A stretch of DNA of 32,504 nucleotides, taken from assembly GCA_964388035.1 (NCBI GenBank), contig CAYLZE010000051.1:1-32504 (forward strand), in the 5' to 3' direction. Of the stretch, positions 1 to 8,519 are shown one piece after another. This DNA comes from an uncultured archaeon (GTDB lineage Archaea > Asgardarchaeota > Lokiarchaeia > Sigyniarchaeales > SOKP01). Both the position numbers and the translations under genes were made by a program. Under the pieces are notes generated by a model. It was not told the DNA's origin. It made no database searches and was given only the letters and a program-made list of their open reading frames with translations. Every line of letters starts with the position of its first letter. Position 1 is the stretch's first letter.

Positions 1-5
1 TGACA

Positions 6-1244
6 ATGTTTATTGATTATTTTTATTACTTGAAAGAAAGACTTCCGATTTCCATTACGGAATACATGACCCTCATGGAAGCTTTGGATAAAGGACTAAT
101 CCATAACATGGTGGAGTTTTATTATATCTCCCGCTCCATTCTGTGTAAGAATGAGCATCAGTTTGACGTTTATGACATTGCATTTGCAAACTATTTTAGA
201 GATGCAAAATTGATATTTCCTGAAGATGTAAAAAACCAGATTTGGGATTGGTTGGAAAAAAACTTTAATCCCATGGAACTCGAACAGATGTCCCAGATAT
301 TTAAAGACGTAATGAATGACTTCGATCTTGAGCAATTACAAAAGCATTTTGAAGAATTAATGAAAAAACAAGATGACGAGCATGATTTTGGACATCATTG
401 GATCGGAACCCAAGGAGATTCGCGGTTTGGAAATATGGGACAGAATCCAATGGGAATGCGAGTGGGAGGTACTTCGGGAATGCGCATGGCCATTCAAATT
501 GCTCAAAAGCGGATTTTCCAAGATTATCGAAAGGATATTGTATTGGACACCCGGCAAATTAAAGTAGCCCTCAAGCGTCTTAGGAAACTCGAGGAGATTG
601 GAAAGCAAGATGAATTAAACATGGATAAGACCATAGATAAAACTGCTAAGAATGGTGGTGATATTGATCTCGTGTTTGAAAAGCGTCGGAAAAACCAAGT
701 AAAACTTCTTTTGCTCATGGATGTGGGAGGTTCCATGACACCTTATGCACACCTTGTAAATCTCTTATTTTCTGCCGCCAATAACATGTCGCACTGGAAG
801 GATTTCAAGTATTACTACTTTCATAATTGTATATATGAATCCCTATATTTTAATGCCCAACGAAATCCCGATGAGGCGATTGATTTCGATGAATTTTTAA
901 AGAAATATGACCATAGCTATAAAGTGGTCCTTGTTGGAGATGCAGCTATGGCCTCCTATGAGTTAACGGAACGTTATGGGAGTATCTATTATTATCACAG
1001 GAATGAATTACCGGGGATTTATTATATTAAAGAAATTGCTAATCATTTTAAAAACAATACGGTCTGGTTGAATCCCGAGCAAATAAGAATGGAATGGTTG
1101 CCCTGGACGAGAAAAGTAATTGCAAGTATTATCCCGATGTTTGATTTAACTCTTCAAGGAATCGAAGAAGCCATGGATTTTATGCGGAAAGGCGGGAAAA
1201 ACATGTACACGACCGTAAACGAATTAAAAGCGTTTACATATTAA
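6..1244 (+). CDS. VWA-domain protein, CoxE-like family (usual partner of MoxR AAA+ ATPases)
   Basis: 412 aa ORF with MIDAS-like LLLLMDVGGSM, YYFHNCIY, LVGDAAM and WLNP motifs plus a Gly-rich WIGTQGDSRFG segment. A TGA at 1-3 just before the ATG suggests coupling to an upstream gene outside the window. Confidence 0.85.
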   Translation: MFIDYFYYLKERLPISITEYMTLMEALDKGLIHNMVEFYYISRSILCKNEHQFDVYDIAFANYFRDAKLIFPEDVKNQIWDWLEKNFNPMELEQMSQIFKDVMNDFDLEQLQKHFEELMKKQDDEHDFGHHWIGTQGDSRFGNMGQNPMGMRVGGTSGMRMAIQIAQKRIFQDYRKDIVLDTRQIKVALKRLRKLEEIGKQDELNMDKTIDKTAKNGGDIDLVFEKRRKNQVKLLLLMDVGGSMTPYAHLVNLLFSAANNMSHWKDFKYYYFHNCIYESLYFNAQRNPDEAIDFDEFLKKYDHSYKVVLVGDAAMASYELTERYGSIYYYHRNELPGIYYIKEIANHFKNNTVWLNPEQIRMEWLPWTRKVIASIIPMFDLTLQGIEEAMDFMRKGGKNMYTTVNELKAFTY

Positions 1245-1423
1245 CTTAAGATATTTAGAATTTTTTAATTACCATCGTTATCTAACTATTTTCTTGATAA
1301 TTAACTACTCTCATCTAATCCAAAGAAAATTAATATTTAAAAAAGAAAAAAAATTGTTTAAGTGAGAACTTTTTTAGTGGTTTTTGTGGAAATCGGGATA
1401 TTTTTCACTAAAGATTATGATGC

Positions 1424-2155
1424 TTAGACCAAATCTGATTTTATAAAAATCTTTCTTATGAAACCTGGCAAGATAAAACCGATATAGAACATTATAGCTC
1501 CTAATATAACAAAGAATCTGGCTAGTACCAGCGTGAAGGGTGTTAGAATACCAATAGCATCAATTGTTGTCCCAATTGCAAAAAATATAAATCCAAATAC
1601 GAGGAATTTTCCTTTTATACGGACTTCATGGTTTTCAGATTTAATACTTTTTCCCGCAAATATTAACCCTGTTATTAAAAATATTGCAATGGATAAGATC
1701 AAGTATAAAACAATGAAAATTTCCCATTCTACATAAAAAGGTGCAAATTGAGTTCCTACTAATCGAGGATCGGTAATTAATGAATATAAGAAATAGATCT
1801 CGAAGATTGTTGCTTCAATCGCAAATATGGGTACTATAATTTTTTCTTTGCTCTTGTATACTAGATCAGCAAATGCCATTATCCAAGTAATATGCACTAC
1901 TGGAATGAAAGCATTAGCTAAAAAGAAATATGATACATTTTTCAATAAAGTGCCAGTCGATAATCCCAACACGAAATTAACAGCATCCGACCAATAAGGA
2001 CTCACAATGAGTATCCATGAGATGCCAACTAACAAAAACACTCTTGCTTTATTCTTGCGATATTTGGTCATGATTAAAATTCCTAATATTGTGGAAATAA
2101 CGACAAACGCGAAGGTCAGGCTTCCTTGTAATAGTTCTAAAGGTGTAAATTCCAT
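1424..2155 (-). CDS. Hypothetical integral membrane protein with about 7 TM helices
   Basis: 243 aa with seven hydrophobic segments by eye. AGGTGA Shine-Dalgarno on the minus strand at 2166-2171. Confidence 0.8.
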   Translation of the reverse strand: MEFTPLELLQGSLTFAFVVISTILGILIMTKYRKNKARVFLLVGISWILIVSPYWSDAVNFVLGLSTGTLLKNVSYFFLANAFIPVVHITWIMAFADLVYKSKEKIIVPIFAIEATIFEIYFLYSLITDPRLVGTQFAPFYVEWEIFIVLYLILSIAIFLITGLIFAGKSIKSENHEVRIKGKFLVFGFIFFAIGTTIDAIGILTPFTLVLARFFVILGAIMFYIGFILPGFIRKIFIKSDLV

Positions 2156-2502
2156 GTTTAATTAATCACCTGAGAAATATTGCTTCCTAATTTTTTATTT
2201 TTAATTATAAAAAATTCATATTTTTACGATATTATTTAGTTAATATCATGTAAGTTTGTTGTCTTTTTAAATGAATTGTTCATTATTTTAAGAAAAATAA
2301 AACCTTATTTAAGGGATTTAAAAAATACAAAATTACACCCTTATCAAATCACACTTAAATCTGGACACTCATTAAAAGAATTATAAATGAAGAAAGTTTA
2401 TTCTAATTACTTCCCAATCATTTAATCTATTCTAATAATATTTGTTATATTTTGAATAAAAATTAAGTGATTTTTGTTAATTTTCAAAAAGAGAAAAAAA
2501 GC

Positions 2503-3108
2503 TTGATAAGAAATATAATCTTTGATTTAGGAAACGTATTATTATCTTTTAAACCGGAAGACTTTTTAATGCAATATACTACTGATTTGAATAGAATCGA
2601 CGGGTTTTTATCAAAAATTACCCGGAGTCAAACTTGGTGGCAGCTAGATCAAGGATTAATAACCATGAAAAAAGCAGAAGCATTTTTCAATCAAAAATAC
2701 TCCGAAGAACTCGATTTATTAATACCTTTTTATGCAAATTGGATGAATATGCTAAAGCCCATAGCAAAGAATGTGCAATTTTTAAATGAATTGAAGAGAA
2801 AAGATTATAAATTATACGTTTTATCTAATTTCATCAAAGAAGCTTATGAATATGTTAGCAAGCAGTACAATTTTCTTAAAGTGTTTGATGGGAAAATCTT
2901 GTCGTGGAAAGAAAAGGTAGTTAAGCCTGATTTGAAAATTTATAAAAAACTCATAGAAAAATATCAAATAAATCCTCAAGAATCCGTTTTTCTGGATGAT
3001 ATTAAAGGATTCCTAAAGCCAGCAGAAAGTTTAGGGATGAAAACGATATGGATTAAGCAAAATACTGATATTCGGAAAGAATTAAGAAAATTAGATATAA
3101 TAATTTAA
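2503..3108 (+). CDS. HAD-superfamily phosphatase (subfamily IA-like)
   Basis: Motifs IIFDLGNV, LSN, KPD and FLDD. The TTG at 2503 places motif I at the N-terminus; the ORF track starts at GTG 2467. Confidence 0.85.
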   Translation: MIRNIIFDLGNVLLSFKPEDFLMQYTTDLNRIDGFLSKITRSQTWWQLDQGLITMKKAEAFFNQKYSEELDLLIPFYANWMNMLKPIAKNVQFLNELKRKDYKLYVLSNFIKEAYEYVSKQYNFLKVFDGKILSWKEKVVKPDLKIYKKLIEKYQINPQESVFLDDIKGFLKPAESLGMKTIWIKQNTDIRKELRKLDIII

Positions 3109-3113
3109 TATTG

Positions 3114-4262
3114 TTATGGATATCGTCGATATTTTTCTATAGCATCTCTAAGTGCGAGCACATTTTTCCATGGAACGTTTAGGATATTATGACTTGGGCC
3201 TGCAAAATATCCTCCACCTTGAGCAGCCGCTTTAATACATTTCTTCACATCTTCTTCAATATCCTTAGGTGTTCCGAAATTTAATATATCGGATGAGTCC
3301 ATACCCCCAATAAAGCATATTTTATCGCCTAAATTCTCTTTTAAGGATTTCAAATCTACTCCTGCGGCAGGTTCAAGGGCTTGTATAGCATCGAGCCCAG
3401 CGTCAGCCATTAAAGGTAATAATTTATCTATATACCCACAAGAATGCTGGATTATCAGCATTCCATGTTTATGGCAAGCATCATAGATCTTTTTATAATA
3501 TGGGAGGATGAATTCCTTGAAAACTTTAATAGATAAAATTGATTTTCCTTTATAACCCAAATCATCAAACATCCAAGCTAAATCCACTCCTGCTTCTCCA
3601 AGCCTTTTAATGATCTCTATATTTAATTTTGCATATTCTGACATGACTTCATGAATGAATTGTGGATTTTTACGAATGTAATAAGCCACCCGTGAAAGAG
3701 TCATGCCTTCAAATAATGCTTCATGAGGATTTGCTGGGAGAATTGCACCAGGATAAAGATATGGAGAAAGTGCTCCAACAAAACCCTCCCAAATCTTGGG
3801 AGAATAATTGACTCTATCATTTATTAATTCTGAAGGTCTACCATACTGATCCCAATAAGAATGAACGATTTCGGGGCTCGTGTAACAACCCCCGACATAC
3901 CATGTATAATCCATTCCAGTTTCTACTTGTTTTACAGTTTTGAAAAGTTTTCCAGTTAATGTATTCAATATACAATCCGGATATTCTTGAGGTGCTCTTA
4001 TATAATTTCCTTTTACTTTTAAAATCCAAGGGTCCATCGCGTACGTGTCCACGTTCCAAAATCGTTGTTCTGTTATATAATATTTAATTCTAGAGGTGGT
4101 AGATTTTACCCATAGTTCAGATTCTTTTTTTTCTTTGGAATTGGAAAAAGCTTGAAATGCCGTTCCTGTTCTTTCAAATCCTAAGGTATGAATCGGAACA
4201 ATATCGGGTTCTCCATCAAGTTCCAAGGTTTTAAATACCCGTTCTCTTTTCGATAGAACCAT
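3114..4262 (-). CDS. Uroporphyrinogen decarboxylase-like family protein (cobamide methyltransferase MtaA/CmuA-like clade)
   Basis: 382 aa with FDDLG, IQHSCG (HxC metal motif), IQALEP, FIGGMD and GGYFAGPSHNI. Confidence 0.8.
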   Translation of the reverse strand: MVLSKRERVFKTLELDGEPDIVPIHTLGFERTGTAFQAFSNSKEKKESELWVKSTTSRIKYYITEQRFWNVDTYAMDPWILKVKGNYIRAPQEYPDCILNTLTGKLFKTVKQVETGMDYTWYVGGCYTSPEIVHSYWDQYGRPSELINDRVNYSPKIWEGFVGALSPYLYPGAILPANPHEALFEGMTLSRVAYYIRKNPQFIHEVMSEYAKLNIEIIKRLGEAGVDLAWMFDDLGYKGKSILSIKVFKEFILPYYKKIYDACHKHGMLIIQHSCGYIDKLLPLMADAGLDAIQALEPAAGVDLKSLKENLGDKICFIGGMDSSDILNFGTPKDIEEDVKKCIKAAAQGGGYFAGPSHNILNVPWKNVLALRDAIEKYRRYP

Positions 4263-4408
4263 ATATTCAAATATGTGGTGTATTTAAAAAAGATTCCCAA
4301 TAAAGGAGCCTTTGTATTAAATTTGTATTAAAATTTTAAGCTTAAAATTTTTAACTTAGCAATGTATTTTCAGAATAACTACACGAGTAATTATCAAATG
4401 TATAAATT

Positions 4409-4822
4409 ATGAGTGAAGAAAACTGTATTTTTTGTAAACTTGTGAAAGGTGAAATTCCTTCAAAAATTGTATTTGAAAATGATGACAACTTGGCTTTTTT
4501 GGATATCAATCCCGTCTCTGAAGGTCACACCATCGTGATTCCTAAAAAGCATTTTACCACATTAGAGAAAACTCCAGAAGAAGAAGTGATTAAATTATTT
4601 CTAACTGTTAAAGAAGTGGCAGAAATGATCTATACAAAATTGGATATCGATGGGTATAATGTGATACAAAATAATTATAAGGCAGCAGGTCAACATGTAG
4701 ATCATTCCCATGTCCATATTATTCCAAGATCTAACAGAGATATGAAAATTAGGTTAACTATCCCTAGAAATAGTGCCAGTAATGAAGAATTAGAAAAGGT
4801 ATTAAAAAAAATAAAATCTTAA
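4409..4822 (+). CDS. HIT family nucleotide hydrolase (HinT-like)
   Basis: N-terminal CIFC, AFLDINP, GHTIVIPKKH and the histidine triad HSHVHIIP. Confidence 0.92.
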   Translation: MSEENCIFCKLVKGEIPSKIVFENDDNLAFLDINPVSEGHTIVIPKKHFTTLEKTPEEEVIKLFLTVKEVAEMIYTKLDIDGYNVIQNNYKAAGQHVDHSHVHIIPRSNRDMKIRLTIPRNSASNEELEKVLKKIKS

Positions 4823-5245
4823 TATTCAAATGTCCACCTTATATTTTTTACTCTTATTTTATTTTAACCTACTCAGGAGATAATCGTAGATGATTAATGT
4901 AAATTAATCTTCGTGAAATTGGGCTTTAACGGTGAAACCTATATATCTAAATATTATGACATTTTAAAACCTATTAACTAAATAATAAACTCTTGTAAGA
5001 TTTTAAAATAAACAATTGCTAATTAACGGATGTTTTAAATTCTCCCTCGCATGCAATTACTATAACTATACCGAATTAAGAAAGCTTTTTATTTTTAATT
5101 CAGATAATTGATTAAAATTATCTTGTGGTTAGGAATACTTAAATAAAATAATTTTAAAAGATATAATCTATGAAAAAAATAAAATTAATAGGTATAATAT
5201 TCTATTCTTATTCCATAATATAATAATCATCATACGGCAATTATT

Positions 5246-5551
5246 CTGAAAAATCTCAACAAACAACAAATATTTAAAATTCTTGGAAGTAATAGAGAAC
5301 AATTGAAAAAGCTCCAGGTAAAGAAGATTGGATTATTTGGTTCGTTTTTAAAGGGATATAATACAGATAAAAGCGATATAGATTTTTTGGTTGAATTTAA
5401 TGATGGAGAGAAGAATTTTAATAATTTTATTGAACTTGCTTTTCTCTTAGAGAAACTCTTGGAAAGAAAAGTAGATCTTTTGACAAAAGAAGCTTTAAAT
5501 CCTCATATGAAAACCAATATCTTAAAGGAGGCATATTTTGAAACAATCTAA
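5246..5551 (+). CDS. MNT minimal nucleotidyltransferase antitoxin (MntA-like)
   Basis: GLFGS-x10-DID motif and RKVDL. The frame is open from 5219. The start is uncertain: TTG 5303 in the track, while CTG 5246 gives a typical-length protein. Confidence 0.85.
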   Translation: MKNLNKQQIFKILGSNREQLKKLQVKKIGLFGSFLKGYNTDKSDIDFLVEFNDGEKNFNNFIELAFLLEKLLERKVDLLTKEALNPHMKTNILKEAYFETI

Positions 5552-5891
5552 GGATTATTTAGAAAAAATATAAAGTATACTGGATGAGATGGATTATTTA
5601 TTAAGAGTATCAAAAGATCTTTTATTTGATAATTTTATCAATGACGAAACGTTGAAAAGAGCTTTTGTTAGAAGTATTGAGATAATTGGGGAAGCAGTAA
5701 AAATATTACCTGATGGAATAAGAAATCGTTTCCCTAAGATAGAATGGAAAAAAATTGCTGGAATGAGAGATATTTTAATACACAAATATTTTGGAGTTGA
5801 TTATGAAATTGTGTGGGATGTTGTTAAAAATATGATACCAAAATTATCTAAAGATGTAAAATTCATAATAGAACAAGAAGAAAACAAATGA
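5538..5891 (+). pseudogene. HEPN (DUF86) RNase toxin, HepT-like, interrupted by in-frame TAA at 5571-5573 (or expressed truncated from ATG 5589)
   Basis: RSIEIIGEA and the R-x4-H-x-Y motif (RDILIHKY). TTG 5538 overlaps the MNT end, follows AAGGAGG (5525-5531) and is in frame with ATG 5589, reading [20 protein letters not shown]. Confidence 0.65.
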
Positions 5892-5935
5892 TCATAAGTT
5901 ATTATAAGCGTCATTTTTTTTTCATGGAATTCTAA

Positions 5936-6925
5936 TTAAATAAAATCATATATCGATTCTTGCTTGTCTATGATTTTTGCAATTGGAAAGGTCAAATGCC
6001 AAATATAATATTTTTCTTCTAATATTGTTGTTTTATTCCTATTATTATTTACTTGATTCAGATCTCTGCGCAAATTAATAATAAATTTTAAATAATTCTC
6101 TTTATAAACTTGAAATTCCTCTGAATCGAGGTTTAAAACATAAAATCGGCTAATATTTTTTGAAGAAAATATTTCCTCAATTTTTTTATGACTTTTTGGA
6201 TTGATTAACTCCAGCTCTTTTTGAAATCTCTCATAATAGCTTAAGAGTTCATCAATTAATGATCGAAGCACCCGAAAGACATATGAATCTGCTCTTATAT
6301 CTTTACATCGTGCTTCATAAGCTAATTGTGGAGAGACTTTTCTCAGCAAAGTATTACTTAATCTCGTTACATCAAAAAGATCCGATGTTGCTGAATAATA
6401 TTGCTTTTTATTAGGACCTCTTACTTTTTCTTCTCTTATTTTGACAAGGTTGAGTTTTTCTAATAGTTTTATATGACGTGCTATTGTTGATTTACTTATA
6501 TTTAGTAACTTACTCAATTTGGTAAGACCTAGCTCATTATAAGTAGAAAGAAATATTAAAATTTTTAACCGGATATTCTTTTGAAGAGACTTAAAAATCT
6601 CTATTGTCTTTTCAATTTTAGTTAAATCTATATCTTTTTTCCTTTCGCTCGTTTCCTTGGATCTTTTACTGATAATAGGTTCAGATCTTAAGGTTTTTAT
6701 CTCTTGCTTTAATTTTTTGATTTTTTGATGAGCAAGATAAATTTGAAATTCTTTACTATCTTGATTAATTTCGTTATTGATGATACTCTTATTAAAAAAA
6801 ATCAAGGCTTTACTAATAGTTCTTTTAGAAGTCTTATGTTTTTTAGCTAATTCAGTCCAAGTTAGATTCTTTTTCGAATCAAGATAAATTGCATACCATT
6901 TAGAATAATCAGGTAATCTACTCAT
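5936..6925 (-). CDS. ArsR-like winged-helix transcriptional regulator with an extra N-terminal HTH and coiled coil
   Basis: Central IRLKILIFL...LTKLSKLLNISKSTIARHIKLLEKLNLV...KQYYS winged HTH. N-terminal TWTELAKKHKTSKRTISKAL HTH-like segment. Confidence 0.8.
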   Translation of the reverse strand: MSRLPDYSKWYAIYLDSKKNLTWTELAKKHKTSKRTISKALIFFNKSIINNEINQDSKEFQIYLAHQKIKKLKQEIKTLRSEPIISKRSKETSERKKDIDLTKIEKTIEIFKSLQKNIRLKILIFLSTYNELGLTKLSKLLNISKSTIARHIKLLEKLNLVKIREEKVRGPNKKQYYSATSDLFDVTRLSNTLLRKVSPQLAYEARCKDIRADSYVFRVLRSLIDELLSYYERFQKELELINPKSHKKIEEIFSSKNISRFYVLNLDSEEFQVYKENYLKFIINLRRDLNQVNNNRNKTTILEEKYYIWHLTFPIAKIIDKQESIYDFI

Positions 6926-6937
6926 ACAATAAAAATA

Positions 6938-6967
6938 GTACCATTATACTTATATTTTGGTACCATT
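6938..6967 (-). promoter_or_regulatory. Candidate promoter/operator of the regulator: GTACCATT direct repeat flanking a TATA-like box
   Basis: GTACCATT at 6938-6945 and 6960-6967. Minus-strand AAATATAAG lies between them, about 25-30 nt upstream of ATG 6925. Confidence 0.45.
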
Positions 6968-7229
6968 CAATAATTTTTAAATTTTTTATATAGTATATTA
7001 AAATTCTAGTAAAGTAGTATGGGGCTCTTTAGCAAGAGTTATATAGAATATCCTTTAAAAAAATTGCTTAAAGGATCTTTAGACTAAATCATTTTAATTT
7101 TAACAATTGGTAATGAAATTTAACTTTGATTTAATATGTTTTATAATTACCTTAAAAGAAAACATTTAAATATTCATCTAACATTCCTAAATTTCAGATT
7201 TTTAAAATTAAAATACACATAAGATTTCA

Positions 7230-8447
7230 GTGATTATTATGCATGAAAAAAAATGGAATAATACAAGAACATTAGAAAGATTAAAAGAGTTTAGCTTTCC
7301 CAGACTATCTGGAACTAAAAATTTAGAAGATGCCAGAGATATTATTTTTAAACAACTTAAAGAGAATGTTCCAGATACAAAGATTGAAGAATTCCATTGT
7401 AGGAACGAATTAACAAGAGTTTTTAGGTTTTGGGCCCCCATTTTTTTAGGAAGCATCTTAATAACTCTAATTATATGGGAGATATTTTATATTATTTCTA
7501 TTTTTCTTGCAGTGATGATTATATTATTGAATTTAATCGCTCAAGGGAGAATAGGAAATATGCAAGTTTATAAATGGTATCACAATAGGGGTCCCATAAA
7601 TGGATATAACATAAGGGGAAAAATAGAAGCAAGTAAGGAGGAAAAAAAAGTGTTAATAATCGGAGCTCACTATGATACCAAGTCATCTCTTTTATGGAAA
7701 AGAATAAATAGTGATATAATGGCTTATTCGGTATTAATAGTGAATCTATTATTCATTATCTTTGGTATTATAAGAATCTTTATTGCATACACGTTAATCT
7801 GGTGGTTCTCTCCTATCCTTTGGATAGGTACTGCTATAGAATTCATTTCTACGGCACTTCTTACTTTGCTTTATAGCGTTCATAATGAATCTCCTGGTGT
7901 AAATGATAATGGTTCAGGAGTGGCGATAATTCTTGAATTAGCGGAGATTTTTTCAATTCACCTTCCCCTAAATCTTTCGATAATATTCGTTTTATTTGAT
8001 GCGGAAGAAATTGGATTACAAGGTGCCGCTGCAGACGCCAGATCTTATTATAAGGAGTCTATGAATAAAGACCCATGGATGATCAATTTAGATGAAGTGG
8101 GTGCGGATAATGTTTTAAAATTAATTATAAAGAGCGGTTTTCCCTCAATTGATCACGGAACTCTACTAAATCCTGCTTTTATTAAGGCCATTGAGAGTAA
8201 TGAAATCCTTAAAGATTTAAAGAACAATAAAAAAATTTTACCTAATATGAAATTATTTCTCTCACAATCTGATCATTGGCCATTTTTCTTTGCAGGAATT
8301 CCTTCCGTCTACATTACAACAGGTAATAAAAAAAGACATTCTCCCGCTGATACAATGGAAGCAATAAAACCAGAATCGATTGAAACTACCGGAATGCTAT
8401 TGATGGAATTTATTAAGGTTTTAGATGATGATCTTTCTAGTAATTAA
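7230..8447 (+). CDS. Membrane-embedded M28 family metallopeptidase
   Basis: GAHYDT, PGVNDNGSG, DAEEIGLQG, INLDE, SDH and RHSPADT motifs, with two inserted hydrophobic hairpins. Start is GTG 7230 or ATG 7239. Confidence 0.85.
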   Translation: MIIMHEKKWNNTRTLERLKEFSFPRLSGTKNLEDARDIIFKQLKENVPDTKIEEFHCRNELTRVFRFWAPIFLGSILITLIIWEIFYIISIFLAVMIILLNLIAQGRIGNMQVYKWYHNRGPINGYNIRGKIEASKEEKKVLIIGAHYDTKSSLLWKRINSDIMAYSVLIVNLLFIIFGIIRIFIAYTLIWWFSPILWIGTAIEFISTALLTLLYSVHNESPGVNDNGSGVAIILELAEIFSIHLPLNLSIIFVLFDAEEIGLQGAAADARSYYKESMNKDPWMINLDEVGADNVLKLIIKSGFPSIDHGTLLNPAFIKAIESNEILKDLKNNKKILPNMKLFLSQSDHWPFFFAGIPSVYITTGNKKRHSPADTMEAIKPESIETTGMLLMEFIKVLDDDLSSN

Positions 8448-8519
8448 ATTACATGTATGAGTTATTTTGGGAATTTTATGTTAATCTGTAATAATAATAG
8501 AAAAAAAAGGTGATTTAAA

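Noticed and set aside
3114-4262. hemE (true uroporphyrinogen decarboxylase)
   Set aside because: It lacks the N-terminal RQAGR motif and has the HxC motif of the methyltransferase-like branch.
4875-4981. Small frameshifted ORF after AGGAG (ATG at 4890)
   Set aside because: It stops after five codons; the ~30-aa product obtained by assuming a frameshift has no recognisable features.
4823-7229. Integrated mobile element carrying the TA pair and regulator
   Set aside because: The region is AT-rich, but no integrase, transposase, tRNA target or flanking direct repeat was found.
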